NCBI GenBank assembly: GCA_951406725.2
Contig: OX597836.1
Coordinates: 34,534,001-34,598,000, forward strand
Origin: Octopus vulgaris
Lineage: Eukaryota
Length of the DNA stretch: 64,000 bases
Reading direction: 5' to 3'
The position numbers were made by a program, and so were the translations under genes. Shown piece after piece: positions 26,535 to 41,303 of this stretch. Below the pieces are notes generated by a model that was not told the DNA's origin, made no database searches, and worked only from the letters and a program-made list of their open reading frames with translations. The number at the start of each line of letters is the position of its first letter. The first letter of the stretch is position 1.

Positions 26535-26540
<6 letters not shown>

Positions 26541-26700
26541 GCCGAAACTGACGTCAGTCTTAAGAATTCACGATCGGCATTTTTCGGATCAGACGATTCA
26601 GAGCCCTGTTAATGTATGTTTTTATCTATGTGTGTTAACTATAGCATTAGTTTCGGCTATTTCCATTACCTCATCAGTAAGCCCGTTTTATTCTTCGACA
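26535..26700 (-). mobile_element. Short (TA)n-embedded element with hammerhead core
   Basis: Minus strand: CTGATGA-ggtaatggaaatagcc-GAAA-cta...tagt (about 26637-26677); atagccgaaact recurs inverted at 26538. Confidence 0.6.
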
Positions 26701-26984
26701 TATATATATATAGAAAGTGTTGAATTGAAACTTGCAAGACAAGAGGGAGATTCAATGTATATAAAATGGTGCTATTGACAGCAGTTTAGGGCTGTTACTG
26801 CGAAATAGGTAGGGCAGTTTTCATCTAGTGTAAACACTTGTCATCGAAGAAGGTAACCAGGTTATGCTAATGCATTATGTTCGTACACAGCTTGGGCATC
26901 TGTCTTCATCCTCCTCCTGAACCTGAATTGATTGTATCTGTCTCTGTCACTGTCTTTCTCTCTCTCTCATTCTCTCCTTCTCTT

Positions 26985-27017
<33 letters not shown>

Positions 27018-27155
27018 AGGTTTATATATATATATATATATATATATACACAAATTAATGTAAACAGCAGGCTACAATGTTTCACCAAAAAAGAGAAATA
27101 TAAATATATAAGTGTATATTAGATAGATAGACAGTCAGACAGATAGATAGATAGA

Positions 27156-27187
<32 letters not shown>

Positions 27188-27254
27188 AATATATATGAGT
27201 ATACAAACACATAAATGCACATAAATACACACACACACATATATATAAATACAT

Positions 27255-27316
<62 letters not shown>

Positions 27317-27373
27317 GTATATATATGTGTGTGTGTGTGTATGTGTGCGTGTATGTATATATATATATATATT

Positions 27374-27409
<36 letters not shown>

Positions 27410-27608
27410 CATACATAGAAGAGAAATTCGATATCTGCCAGGATATCAATCCCTCCTATTATTATACTTACACACACTCACACACACACATATACATATA
27501 CATACAAATATATACATATATATAAATATAAATATATATATATTTATTTATTTATTTATTTATATACATATACATATAGACATACGCATACACACACACG
27601 CACGCACT

Positions 27609-27677
<69 letters not shown>

Positions 27678-27819
27678 TTATACATTACAGATATAGAGTA
27701 AAAGATAATTAATTTAATAAAATCAATAGATTTCACCAAGTAGTATTTCGGTATGGAAAAGGACCATATTCGGTAAAAACGTATATAATTATAACAATAA
27801 AGGTTTGCAACTTGTTGCA

Positions 27820-28209
27820 ATCACAGAGGGGACAAGCAAGGACAGACAAACGGATTAAGTTGATTATATCGACCCCAGTGCGTAACTGGTACTTATTTAA
27901 TCGACCCCGAAAGGATGAAAGGCAAAGTCGACCTCGGCGGAATTTGAACTCAGAACGTAACGCCAGACGAAATACCTATTTCTTTATTCCCCACAAGGGG
28001 CTAAACACAGAGGGGACAAACAAGGACAGACATAGGTATTAAGTCGATTACATCGACCCCAGTGCGTAACTGGTACTTAATTTATCGATCCCGAAAGGAT
28101 GAAAGGCAAAGTGTACCTCGGCGGAATTTGAACTCAGAACGTAACGCCAGGCGAAATACCGCTACGCATTTCGCCCGGCGTGCTAACGTTTCTGCCAGCT
28201 CGCCGCCTT
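27820..28209 (-). mobile_element. SINE family B dimer
   Basis: Head plus two bodies, junction gacgaaatacctatttc at ~27967. Confidence 0.85.
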
Positions 28210-28612
28210 TAGACATTATTGTACCTAGTTCTACTCTCACCTGGGGTAGTAGCACTTGTCAAGGTTCCAACTACGGTTTAATTGGCATGTTATGATATAC
28301 AAAACTTCACTGCTTTGGGAATGCCTTGGGAAATGCTTGTCAGTTGCTTGACCTTAACCAGTTGACCATGTCCCTTAGTGGCTGACGATATGTGCATCTC
28401 TGACCACAAGCAGAAGTAGTGGGGGAGCATCATAGCCGTGTGTTGAGAGGGATTCTTTGGGGTCTGAATAATTCACCTCTGGAAACATGGGTATTTAGTT
28501 CAATATCCTTAAACAATCCTTATTCAGGAACCTTTTGAGCGGAATGGGTTACTCGACCAGAAGAAAATTCTAACTGGGCCCCCACCTGCAAGGTCATGTG
28601 CTGTTTATCTCC
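28210..28612 (+). mobile_element. Composite repeat relic
   Basis: 28210-28336 is the reverse complement of 33300-33428; 28336-28612 matches 56270-56565. Confidence 0.7.
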
Positions 28613-29236
28613 ATGCCAAATACAACTTTAATCTTTAAGCTCTCCAACGCCTTTGACTGTTCACCAGTACATCAAGAAATTTCTGAAAAAAAAAAGGGCA
28701 TAAAATATCGTCAAAGTTAACCCGAACACCCTATATGTGTCTTGCACTGTTCAAAGAACTATGCGTGCAGTGCTGAGAAGAACTATTTTCTGTATGGTAT
28801 GTATATACAATAAGACCTGGAATTTTGCTAATGCTGTCTTGCATCTTTTTTAATCATTCTCAAGACATCTATTATTATTATAGGGATTGTTTCTGTTTTC
28901 AATGCCCAGATTCTAGTTTATTATTTTTTTTTTTAATGCTTTCATATAGTTTTTCATAACTACTGTTATACTGTTATGCAGCTGTTGCTGTTGTTATAGC
29001 TGTTGTTGTTGTTGTTGTTATTGTTACAGTTGCTGGTGTGACTGTTGCTATTGTTGTTTTGTTAATGTTGCCACAGCCATTATCACACATCTGTGTACAT
29101 TGCTGTTATCATAATTGCTCTTCTCTTTACTATTGTCAAACACAACTCGTATAATATCCCGAGTCAGACAAAACAAATGTGCAGCTAACAACTTAAACAG
29201 GAGGCTTGCTTTAAGACAAGTCTTTCCGAAACAAGG

Positions 29237-29294
<58 letters not shown>

Positions 29295-29314
29295 TAATAA
29301 TAATGATAATAATG

Positions 29315-29345
<31 letters not shown>

Positions 29346-29350
29346 TGATG

Positions 29351-29393
<43 letters not shown>

Positions 29394-29452
29394 TAATAAT
29401 GATAATAATAATAATAATAATGATGATGATAATAATAATAATAATAATAATA

Positions 29453-29517
<65 letters not shown>

Positions 29518-29547
29518 AATAATATTAATAGTAATAGTAATAATAAT

Positions 29548-29582
<35 letters not shown>

Positions 29583-29644
29583 TAATAATAATAATATTAA
29601 TAGTAATAGTAATAATAATAATATTAATAATAATAATAATAATG

Positions 29645-29689
<45 letters not shown>

Positions 29690-29898
29690 GATATAATAAT
29701 AATGATGATTTCTACTATAGGCACAAAGCCTGGAATTTGTGGGGAAAGGGCAGATCGATACATCGATTTCAGTGCATAACTAGTACTTATTTCAACGATC
29801 CAGAAAGGGATGAGAAGCAAAGTCGGCTTCGGCGAAATTTGAACTCAGAACATAGCGACGGACGAAATAGTGGGGGAAGCATCATAGCGATGTGTTGA

Positions 29899-30312
29899 GA
29901 GTGGCTGTGTGGTAACTAGCTTGCTTACGAACCACATGGTTACGGGTTCAGTCCCACTGCGTGGCACCTTGGGCAAGTATCTTCTACTATAGCCTCGGGC
30001 CGACCAAATCCTTGTGAGTGGATTTGGTAGACGGAAACAGAAAGAAGCCTGTCGTATATATGTATATGTGTATATGTATGTATGTATGTGTGTGTATATG
30101 TTTGTGTGTCTGTGTTTGTCCTCCTCTCTCAATATCGCTTGACAACCGATGCTGGTGTGTTAACGTCCTCGTAACTTAGCGGTTCGGCAAAAGAGACCGA
30201 TAGAATAAGTACTAGGCTTACAAAGAATAAGTCCTGAGGTCAATTTACTCGACTACAGACGGTGCTCCAGCATGGCCACAGTCAAATGACTGAAACAAGT
30301 AAAGGAATAAAA
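29899..30312 (+). mobile_element. SINE family A copy
   Basis: Near full-length, with the internal TA/TG microsatellite. Confidence 0.9.
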
Positions 30313-30754
30313 GTGTATTTGCCTGGGATCGAGCTATACATATCAGTCCAGGCTCGCCAGAGATCGAATCGTGGCTTTGCTACCTTGTTAGGCGGCCTCA
30401 TCGAATTGCTTTCATTCATTCGTTTATTGTTGGACGTGTCTTAGCTCTACAACGCAGCCTTCATGCTTCACGTTGAAGAAGTGAACGAATAAAAAAGATA
30501 CTACATACATCTATGGAATACTCAGCCGCTTACACGTAAAAACCTAATTTGAAGGGTATTTCAATTGATCGACCAACTGTATGCTCATCGTTAAAACCGA
30601 CGGAGATCCATCGCGTTTGAATGAAAATAAAAAAGTATACAGTTGATATATGGCCTGCGGGGTTGTAAACAAAAACAATAACAGTAATCGACTCAAAAGT
30701 GGGAGGCGGGGCAGGGTGTGTGCTGCCACATTTACATAGCGGCGACCCATATAG

Positions 30755-30800
<46 letters not shown>

Positions 30801-31199
30801 TAATAATAATAACGATAATAATAATAATAATAACAGCAACAACAACAATAATAATAATAATACTAATATTAATAATAACAATAATAATAATAGCAACAAC
30901 AACAACAACAACAATAATAATAATAATAATAATAATGATATTAATAGGGAATAAAAATTCTTCTGAGACCTAGGGTACGGGAATGAATGATAAGGTACAT
31001 TTTTTCGTCTGGTAATAGAGAGGTTGTGGTGGCGAGGCTGGTGGGAGAGGTGAGGATGGTGGTGTTAGTAGTAGTCGTAGGAGTATTGTTGGCTGGAAGG
31101 GTAGTAGTAGTAGTAGGGGTGATAGTGGTGGTGGTAGTGGTGGTTTTTGTGATGTCACGGTGGTGTGGTAGTAGTGATAGAGATGGTGGTAGTGGGGAA

Positions 31200-31313
<114 letters not shown>

Positions 31314-31391
31314 GGTAGTGGTGGTTGTGGTGGTTGTGGTTGCGGCGGTGGAGGTGGGGTGGTAGTGGTGGTGGTGATGGTGATGGCGCCG

Positions 31392-31423
<32 letters not shown>

Positions 31424-31471
31424 GGTGCTGGTGGTGCTGGTGGTGGTAGTGATGGTGGTATGGTGGCACCG

Positions 31472-31541
<70 letters not shown>

Positions 31542-31868
31542 TAGTAGTTGTAAATTAAAAAAAGAAAAAAATCACTTCTCAGCTGTCAGCTAGAGGGCGC
31601 AGCTGGTGTGTCGTTAGTCACCAGAGATGTATATATTAAACAACATTAACAGATGGATTGAAAAACAGCGACAGAATGGAGAGAGAAAGAGAGAGAGAGA
31701 GAGAGAAAACAAAAATAAACAAGTACATAAACAAATAAATAAATAAAAACACATAACACCGTAACCAAATAAGAAAAAACATTTGGTACAGTAAGAACAA
31801 GAATACAGCATCAGACTCAATGCCATTGAACAAGAGAAGCAGGAGTAGCAGTAGCAGCAGCGGCAGCA

Positions 31869-32450
31869 GTGGAGGCGCAATGGCCCAGTGGTTAGGGCAG
31901 CGGACTCGCGGTCGGAGGATCGCGGTTTCGATTCCCAGACCGGGCGATGTGTGTGAAAGAAAGTTAGGGCAAAAAGAGTACAACAGGGGTCGCCATCACC
32001 ACCCCCTGCCGGAGACTCGTGGACCTTTTAAGTGTTTTCGCGAATACACTTAAAAGGTCCACGAGGCTCCGGCAGGGGGTGGTGGCGACCCCTGTTGTAA
32101 ACACTTAAAAGGTCCACGAGGCTCCGGCAGGGGGTGGTGGCGACCCCTGTTGTAAACACTTAAAAGCTCCACGAGGCTCCGGCAGGGGGTGGTGGCGACC
32201 CCTGTTGCACTCTTTCGCCCCAACTTTCTCTCTCACTCTTTCTTCCTGTTTCTTGTCCCCGACTTCCTACGCAACCGCTGAGCCTGGATGCGCATTCATT
32301 CATCCGTGGATGCTCTCGGTGTCGGGGGTTTGACCTGCTTTCTCTTCTGCGGGTCTTACGAATAGCAAAAGGACCACGTTTCGGACTTCTCCCATCTTGC
32401 GAGCTCTGGGACGAAGACCGTTCGCTCAACAGCAACCGCAACAGCAACAG
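31869..32450 (+). mobile_element. SINE family C (tail type 1), internally rearranged
   Basis: Head, then an inverted segment ~31955-32045, three tandem 55-bp units 32046-32210, then the normal tail. Confidence 0.85.
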
Positions 32451-32683
32451 CAGCGGCAGCAAATAGCTATCAGGAACAACGAAAGTGGCGTAGCAACTTA
32501 AGACCAAAGTTTTCAAAACATCATCGCAATTTAAATATGTATACACAAAGTTATTTATTGAATAGACAAGCATGGTCGTAGAATTTTTGTCGAATACATA
32601 GGTGGCACTGCAAGCTCAGGAATTACTGGAAGTTATTGGATATGGTCCTCGAGGTCAACCGTTCCCCGACAGCTTCATCATTC

Positions 32684-32906
32684 TATTTCATTACTACCCA
32701 CAAGGGGCTAAACACAGGGGGGACAAACAAGGACAGACAAACGGATTAAGTCGATTATATCGACCCCAGTGCGTAACTGGTACTTAATTTATCGACCCCG
32801 AAAGGATGAAAGGCAAAGTCGACCTCGGCGTAATTTGAACTCAGAACGTAACGGCAGACGAAATACGGCTACGCATTTCGCCCGGCGTGCTAACGTTTCT
32901 GCCAGC
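32684..32906 (-). mobile_element. SINE family B monomer
   Basis: Flanked by direct repeat cagcttcatcattc. Confidence 0.85.
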
Positions 32907-35411
32907 TTCATCATTCGTGCCCATCACTGGCGATGACGATAGCAGTTTCTTCGTGTCCGAAGATTATGAGGAACAGCGGCGCACCCTCAAGCGGTTTGAT
33001 GTTGCTGAGCTTGGCTTCCTGCCTGCGCTTATTAGTTTTAAAGTGAATGTCATTCTTCGCAATCCGATCCCACTTTTAGATTTGGAGGTCTGACCACAGT
33101 AACTCAGCGGGCTAAGACGGTTACGGTGACCACTAAACTGTATGTTTTACTTTGGAGTGACATTCCACGTTAAATGCTTTACAAGTCTGGAGAGCCCCCG
33201 CTACCCTCTCTGAGACCCTTTCAGGGTGTCAAATAGGGCACTGAACTGCCTAAGGACTCCACTTCTTGATTTGTTATCGAAGTCGATTCTCCTAGTCTTT
33301 TCATTTCCCAAGGCATTCCCAAAGCAGTGAAGTTTTGTATGTCATAACATACCAATTAAACCGTAGTTGGAACCTTGACAAGTGCTACTACCCCAGGTGA
33401 GAGTAGAACTAGGAACAATAATGTCTAAAATGTGATAGTTCCACATTCCTCAAACCCCTAAAACGCTCTAGTCAGGACCCCGCATCCGGATGCGGTTTAA
33501 AGTCATACTCAAATATGTTTAGATCCCCGTGTCTTAACAACGGTTCAGCGAAAAAGACCGATATAATAAGTACTAGGCTTACAAGGAATGTCTTGGGGTC
33601 GATTTGTTTGGCTAAAAGCAGTACTCCAGCATAGCCGCAGTCAAATGACTGAAACAAGTAAAAGAATGGAAAAAAAAAAAAGTTCCCATAGGCGGACAGC
33701 TGGCAGAATCGTTACTGCGATGGACAAAATGCTTTTCGGCATTTATCTGTCTTTACGCTCTGAGTTCAAATTCCGCTGAGGTCGACTTTGCCTTTCATCA
33801 TTTTGGGGTCCAATAAATTAAGTACCAGTGAAACACTGGGATCGATGTGACCGACGAGCCTCTGCAACCAAAATTGTATGTATGTATGTGTGTGTATATG
33901 TTTGTGAGACACTGTGTTTCTCCCCCCCACCCCACCAACATCGCTTGACAACCGATGCTGGTGTGTTTACGTCCTCGTAACTTAGCGGTTCGGCAAAAGG
34001 TATATTGCTTGTGTGTCTGTTTTTGTCCTCCCAACATCGCTTGACAACCGATGGTGGTGTGTTTAGGTCCGTAACTCCGTAACTTAGCGGTTCGGCAAAA
34101 GAGACCGATAAAATAAGTACTAGGCTTACAAAGAAATAAGTCCTGAGGTCGATTGGCTCGACTACAGACGGCGCTCCTGCATGGCCACAGTCAAATGACT
34201 GAAACATCCAAAAGCATCCAAGGACGAGGAAGTAGACTGTATTTCGATCCTGGACTTGAAACTTAATGATTTCTAGCTGAGGCAGAAAATTTATGATACT
34301 TAAAGAAATATGATTTGCTTCGTTGTTTTGCTTCCCAAGCGGGCGGATTTTAGAGCCAATTACCCCCGAAATTGTTGGCCTTCTGCCAAAATTTGAAACT
34401 ATTAATATAACGGGAATTGAGTCATATATGACTGTTATTTCTAGCAGATGAGAAACCACGCAGAAATCTTATGATTGATTCGTTCGCATGTTACACAAAA
34501 ATGATGTTCAAAGTATGTCTGTCTGTTCGCCTGTTTGGGTTTTTCTCTTTGAAATTTTCTCTTTTATTCTCTTATCATTTTGCATCTTTAATCCTTTTTT
34601 TCTTCTCTTCTTCCGTTTTATCTTTCTGTTTACCGTACTCTCTCTCTCCCCTCTCTCTCTTTCTCTTTTTATTTTATATTTCATCTATTTTCCTTCTCTT
34701 TGGCACCTTCTCTTTTTTCGTCATTTCCTCATTTCTTTCAACAAACCAAATAAAGACATTTCAACTTTGTCGTTTTTCTCATCTCTCTTTTTTCGACTGT
34801 TTTTTTTTTCCAATTTCTATTTATATTCTTCTTTTATTTTTCACAATAAAAAAAATTCTTATTTATTTTACGTCTGTTTTTAAAGATTTTTTTCAAAAAC
34901 GCAAAAAAAAAAGAATATACTCATTGCAGCTAATACATTATATTATATACAACAGAAAATGGGAAAAGTAAAGATTTTTCAAAACTTTTTGGAAACAAAT
35001 TTACCCAGCAAAAATATACCGTATTTTCCAGCGTACAAGTCTATATTAAGACCAAAATTTACAACCAAAGGTAGGTCGACCTATACACCAAGGTGACTTT
35101 AGACGGCCAAAAATTCCATGTGAAATGCAGCAGGATTTGGAAAGATAGTTTGAACGATGTTTGAATGTCTACACTACATGTTTACATGTGGGTGGAGTAC
35201 AAACACACACACACACACATACAAACACACACACGCACACACACACACACACACATATGCGACTTGATTCTTTCAATTTCCGTCTGTCACAAGGATGTAG
35301 TCGACCCAAGATTATAATAGAAGACACTTGCCTAATGTACCAAGCAATGGGACTGAACCACGAACCATCAACGTATACCCTATATATTACCTCGACTTAC
35401 ATGCCATAAAA

Positions 35412-35448
<37 letters not shown>

Positions 35449-35449
<1 letters not shown>

Positions 35450-35842
35450 TAGCAGCTAAGCCCGGTTTCACCCGGTCTGTTTGGATAATGTGGCTGTGTT
35501 CATTTTTGGTTAGGCATAATCTATAATAGCGTTTCTCAACCTTATCATTTCGGGTCCCCTGTTTCGATTGGAACCTCCAGCTGTATGAAAATTTCCTGAC
35601 CCCAACCCGTCAGAAAACAGCTTCTAAGCAACTGGCTGTTTTAATGGCGGAAGAAAGAGGGGAATTCCATTAGAAAAAGATTTCATCGATTTTCTCGGTA
35701 AGTATTGGGGCTGGGGAAAAACTACAAACTGCATTCCAATCTATGCACCCGTCTCCACATGTGTATCCACCCAGCCATTTGGCTGTGAACCTCAAGACAA
35801 GAAAGAATACAACGATCACCCATCTCCAATTTATATTATAGA
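35449..35842 (-). mobile_element. Non-autonomous Helitron
   Basis: Minus strand begins TCTATAATATAAA and ends with hairpin ccgggtgaaaccggg then gCTAG; inserted between A and T. Confidence 0.8.
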
Positions 35843-36152
35843 TATGCTTGAGTTAACGAAGGAAACCTTCACACAACCATTAGACATGTTAAAAATAGCA
35901 GCTAAATATCTTTGAAATTATGCCCTGCTGTCTTGTATATGTTGCATACTGTATTTTCCGACATACAAGTTGAATTTTTGAAACCGAAATGTACGCCCTA
36001 AAAATGGGTAGATCAACGTATACAGTATGACGTGTTTGGAGGAACAAAATATTCATGTGAAATACAGCAAGATTTGGCAAGAAGGTGATGATGTTTAAAT
36101 GTTTACTCCACATGCTTACAGTATAATATATATATGTATGTATGTACCTTTA

Positions 36153-36530
36153 TGTGGAGGCGCAATGGCCCAGTGGTTAGGGCAGCGGACTCACGGTCGT
36201 AGGATCACGATTCCGATTCCCAGACCGAGCGTTATGAGTGTTTATGGAGCGAAAACCCCAAAAGCTTCACGAAGCTCCGGCAGAAGGTGGTGGCCGTCAC
36301 TGTTCTACTCTTTCACCACAACTATCTCTCACTCTTTCTTCCTGTTTATGTTGTACCTGTATTTCAAAGGGCCGGCCTTATCACTCTCCGTGTCACGCTG
36401 AATCTCCCGGAGAACTACGTTAAGGGTACAATTATCTGTGGAGTGCTCAGCCACTTGCACGTTAATTTCACGGGCAGGCTGTTCGGCTGTTCGGTTGCAA
36501 CCCTCGTCGTCGTTACCGACGGAATGCCAC
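36153..36530 (+). mobile_element. SINE family C, tail type 2
   Basis: Collinear with 23413-23795. Confidence 0.85.
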
Positions 36531-37360
36531 GATATAAGCTGTAACCTTAGCGGTTCGAAAATAGAGACCGATAGAATAAGCACCAGGCATTAAGAAGGTA
36601 AGTTCGGCGTCGACTAAACATTCTTCAAGGCGGTGCCCCAGCATGGCCGCAGTCTAACAACTTAAACAAGTTAAACAAAGATAAACCCAAGTGAATTATT
36701 ACTGCAGTAATTATTGTCGAGGTTTAAACTTCCGGTTTTTACATTTTCATAAGCAGTTTTCCTCTTCCTTTTCTTGGTATCTTGGGATGATACGCTGAAT
36801 CTCCCTGAGAACTATGTTACGGGTACACGTGTCTGTGGAATGCTCAGCAACTTACACGTTGTCACGAACAGGCTGCTCCATTGATCAGATCAACTGGAAC
36901 CCTCGTCGTCGTAACCAACGGAGTGCCACGAGATGTAACTGTATAGATATACGTATACATGTATAAGTATATGAATAGAAATACCACTGTATCGACCAGA
37001 TTGTCGTATATCATTGTAAAATTCCATTTCACAATACATTTCTTCACATGGTTGAAGATTTCAAATGATACCACCCAACTGGTTAGGCGAGTAGGCCAAC
37101 ATTCTCTCAGAACGGAACGCCCATACATCGAAGGGTTACCCATTAACAGCTAAATTAAGTGTTTTGCTTGAGAGCACAATGAACCTTACATCTGAAAATC
37201 GGAACTGATTTTGCGAATCTGAGTCCATTATCTTAAACACTAGGCCATACGCTTTTACGCATAAAAATATTTCATGTCGTTAAATATGGGTCTTTACATA
37301 TGTATGCAAGTATATATGTATCATGTATGCACATACATATATATGTATGTATACGTATAC

Positions 37361-37438
<78 letters not shown>

Positions 37439-37459
37439 GTCTATCTATCTATCTGTCTG

Positions 37460-37502
<43 letters not shown>

Positions 37503-37698
37503 TTTTTCTGTTAACCTTTCCTTTTAATTTTTAATTTTCTTTTAATTTTTCTAAATTCAATTATTTAATTGTTACAGTTGAAAAAGTCTCAATCACTGAA
37601 ACCGGTACTGAAATGATTTTTATAAAATTATTTTAGCATTTTCTATCTTGACTTTTTTTTCCATATATATATGTGTGTGTGTGTGTGCGCGCGCGTGT

Positions 37699-37801
<103 letters not shown>

Positions 37802-38000
37802 ATATACATATATACACACACACACACGCACGCACACATACACACACACAGAGTTAGTGTTCGACTGTATGTTTTAATAATAAATATGGTGGAAGGAGAC
37901 AGGTATTTTCTTAATCTGTTTCTTGAAATTTTCTTGTTTTCTTTGTTCGCAAGGTTTGCTCTATGTTTACTGTTTCTGTATACACATACATAAATATCAT

Positions 38001-38089
<89 letters not shown>

Positions 38090-38527
38090 AACGGCACAAG
38101 TGGACGTCACAAGAGAGTTGTAAATACTAAAACACGCCAGATTTACAGACTGATTTCCAAAGCAGTATGTGAGAAATAATTCGCAATAAATTATGGGAAA
38201 TTATTATTTAGGTCTCCACATCGGAATATTTTGTTGCTTTGTGCACGCTTTTTTTTTTCTAGGTTGTGTTCCATTTTGTATTTTTTTCTTCATGTGTTCA
38301 TTTATTTATTTATTTATTACCTAGTTGTTTGCGTTCCATAATCTCATGTGGTACAACGTACGGTGAAAATAATGTTGTTTTTTATGTCTGTGTAGATTTA
38401 TGTATGTGTGTAACAGTAAATATACATCCTCTCTGGTTCTAAGAAGTGTGTGTGAGTATATACATGTGTGTAAGTGTATGTATATATATATATATATATA
38501 CATGTGTATGTGTGTGTATATATGTGG

Positions 38528-38589
<62 letters not shown>

Positions 38590-38699
38590 ACATATATATT
38601 TGTGTGCGTGTGTATATATATAGATATAGATACACGTGTGTGTGTATGTGTGTTGTGTGTGCATGTGTGTGTGTGTATGTGTGTGTGTGTCTGTTTGCG

Positions 38700-39034
38700 T
38701 TATTTTATTCTTTTATTTGTTTCAGTCATTTGACTGTGGCCATGCTGGAGCACTGTCTTAAAGTGTTTTAGTCGAAGAAATCAATCCCAGGACTTATACT
38801 TTGTAAACCTAGTATTTATTCTATCGATCTCTATTACCAAACCGCTAAGTAACGAAGACATAAACACACCAACATCGGTTGTCAACCGATGATGAGGGCA
38901 CAAACACAGACACAAGACACATACACATACACACACATACACACACAAACACATATACAGTTTCCGTATACCAAATCCACTCACAAGGCTTTGGTCGGGA
39001 TTATTAGTGATGGGAGTGGTGTTGCTGGTGGTGT

Positions 39035-39067
<33 letters not shown>

Positions 39068-39590
39068 CGGTTATGGTAGTGATGGCGAGGTAAGGCGGCG
39101 AGCTGGCAGAAACGTTAGCACGCCGGGCGAAATGCTTAGCGGTATTTCGTCTGCGTTACGTTGTGAGTTCAAATTCCGCCGAGGTCGACTTTGCCTTTCA
39201 TCCTTTCGGGGTCGATAAATTAAGTACCAGTTACGCACTGGGGTCGATGTAATCGACTTAATACCCATGTCTTTCCTTGTTTGTCCCCTCTGTGTTTAGC
39301 CCCTTGTGGGTAATAAAGAAATAGGTTATGGTAGTGATGGTGGGATAGTAACAGTAGTAGTGGTGGTGGTGTTGTTGGTGGTGGTGGTGGTGGTGGTGGA
39401 GGTGGTGGTGGTGGTGGTGGTGGTGGTGGTGGTGGTGGTATTGGTGGGTGGTAGAGGTAGTAGTAGTAGCCGCAGAAGCAACAGCAGGGCAGTAGTAGAA
39501 GACACTTGCCCAAGGTGTCACGCAGTGGGACTGAACCCAGAATCATGCGATTGGAAAGCAAACTTCTTACCACACAGTCACGTCTGCACC
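38700..39590 (-). mobile_element. SINE family A split by triplet repeats and a family B monomer (39093-39325, +)
   Basis: Family A halves at 38700-39000 and 39490-39590; the B copy is flanked by ggttatggtagtgatgg. Confidence 0.75.
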
Positions 39591-39796
39591 TTTATGTTCG
39601 TGTTTTTCATAGCGGTTCGGCAAAATAAAACGACAGAATAGTATCAGGCTGAAAGAAAATTAATGCCCGGAATCTATTTATTTGACTACAATTCTTCGAG
39701 GTGGTGCCCCAGAATGGTCGCAGTCTAGTGACTGAAACAAATAAACGATAAAAGATGTAAAAAGAAAAAAACCGTTAAATAACGGAAAATAGAATG

Positions 39797-40768
39797 AAGG
39801 CGGCGAGCTGGCAGAACCGTTAGCACGCCGGGCGAAATGCTTAGCAGTATTTCGTCTGCCGTTACGTTCTGAGTTCAAATTCCGCCGAGTTCGACGTTGC
39901 CTTTCATCCTTTCGGGATCGATAAATTAAGTACCAGTTACGCACTGGTGTCGATATATAATTGACTTAATCCGTTTGTCTGTCCTTGTTAGTCCTCTCTG
40001 TGTTTAGTGCCTGGTGGGTGGTAAAGAAATAAGCATTTCGTCTGCTGTTACGTTCTGAGTTCAAATTCCGCCGAGGTCGACTTTGCCTTTCATCCTTTCG
40101 GGATCGATAAATTAAGTACCAGTTACGCACTGGGGTCGATATAATTGACTTAATCCGTTTGTCTGTCCTTGTTTGTGCTCTCTGTGTTTAGCGCCTTGTG
40201 GGTGGTAAAGAAATAAGTATTTCGTCTGCTGTTACGTTCTGAGTTCAAATTCCGCCGAGGTCGACATTGCCTTTCATCCTTTCGGGATCGATAAATTAAG
40301 TACCAGTTACGCACTGGGGTCGATATAATTGACTTAATCTGTTTGTCTGTCCTTGTTTGTCCTCTCTGTGTTTAGCGCCTTGTGGGTGGTAAAGAAATAA
40401 GTATTTCGTCTACCGTTACGTTCTGAGTTCAAATTCCGCTGAGGTCGACTTTGCCTTTCATCCTTTCGGGATCGATAAATTAAGTACCAGTTACGCACTG
40501 GGTCGATATAATTGACCTAATCCGTTTGTCTGTCCTTGTTTGTCCTCTCTGTGCTTAGCCCCTTGTGGGTAGTAAAGAAATAAGTATTTCGTCTGCTGTT
40601 ACGTTCTGAGTTCAAATTCCGCCGAGGTCGACATTGCCTTTCATCCTTTCGGGGTCGATAAATTAAGTACCAGTTACGCACTGGGGTCAATATAATCGGC
40701 TTAATCCGTTTATCTGTCCTTGTTTGTCCTCTCTGTGTTTAGCCCCTTGTGGGTAGTAAAGAAATAGG
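39797..40768 (+). mobile_element. SINE family B pentamer (one head + five ~184-bp bodies)
   Basis: Units start at 39847, 40033, 40217, 40401 and 40584. Confidence 0.92.
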
Positions 40769-41212
40769 AATATAGGATTACCAGAATAGTTGAATCTGGG
40801 AATAATGAGGCCACAGAATTGATCGAGGCACCCTCTGAGGGAAGACATTCCACTCAAACACTTTTCTTTCTACGAAACCACTTTGTCCAATAATCCTCTC
40901 TTCTTGTATTACTTGTATTGCGCAATATGAAGGGCATTTGAATATTGTGTATCGCTGGTCGAACAGTGACACAGAAGAACACGCAGGGCAGTAGTGGTGG
41001 TGGTGGTGGTGGTTTTGGTGCTGGTAGTGGATGCGATGGTGGCGGCGGTGGTGATGGTGCTGGTGGTGCTGGTGTTTGTAGTAGTAGTAGTAGTAGTAGT
41101 AGTAGTATTGTCAGTGGTGGTGATGGGATGGTAATAGTAGTAGTGCTGGTGGTGGTGATAGTAGTAGTGGTTGTGGTGGTGGTAGTGGTGGTTGTAGTAG
41201 CCTCAGAAGCAA

Positions 41213-41303
<91 letters not shown>

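Noticed and set aside
32907-33430. Possible host exon (ORF 32887..33093)
   Set aside because: It starts within a SINE, has no recognisable domain, and adjoins sequence repeated at 28210-28336.
39797-40768. CRISPR-like or hammerhead-retrozyme interpretation of the 184-bp array
   Set aside because: There are no unique spacers and the context is eukaryotic; no CTGANGA core is visible on either strand of the unit.
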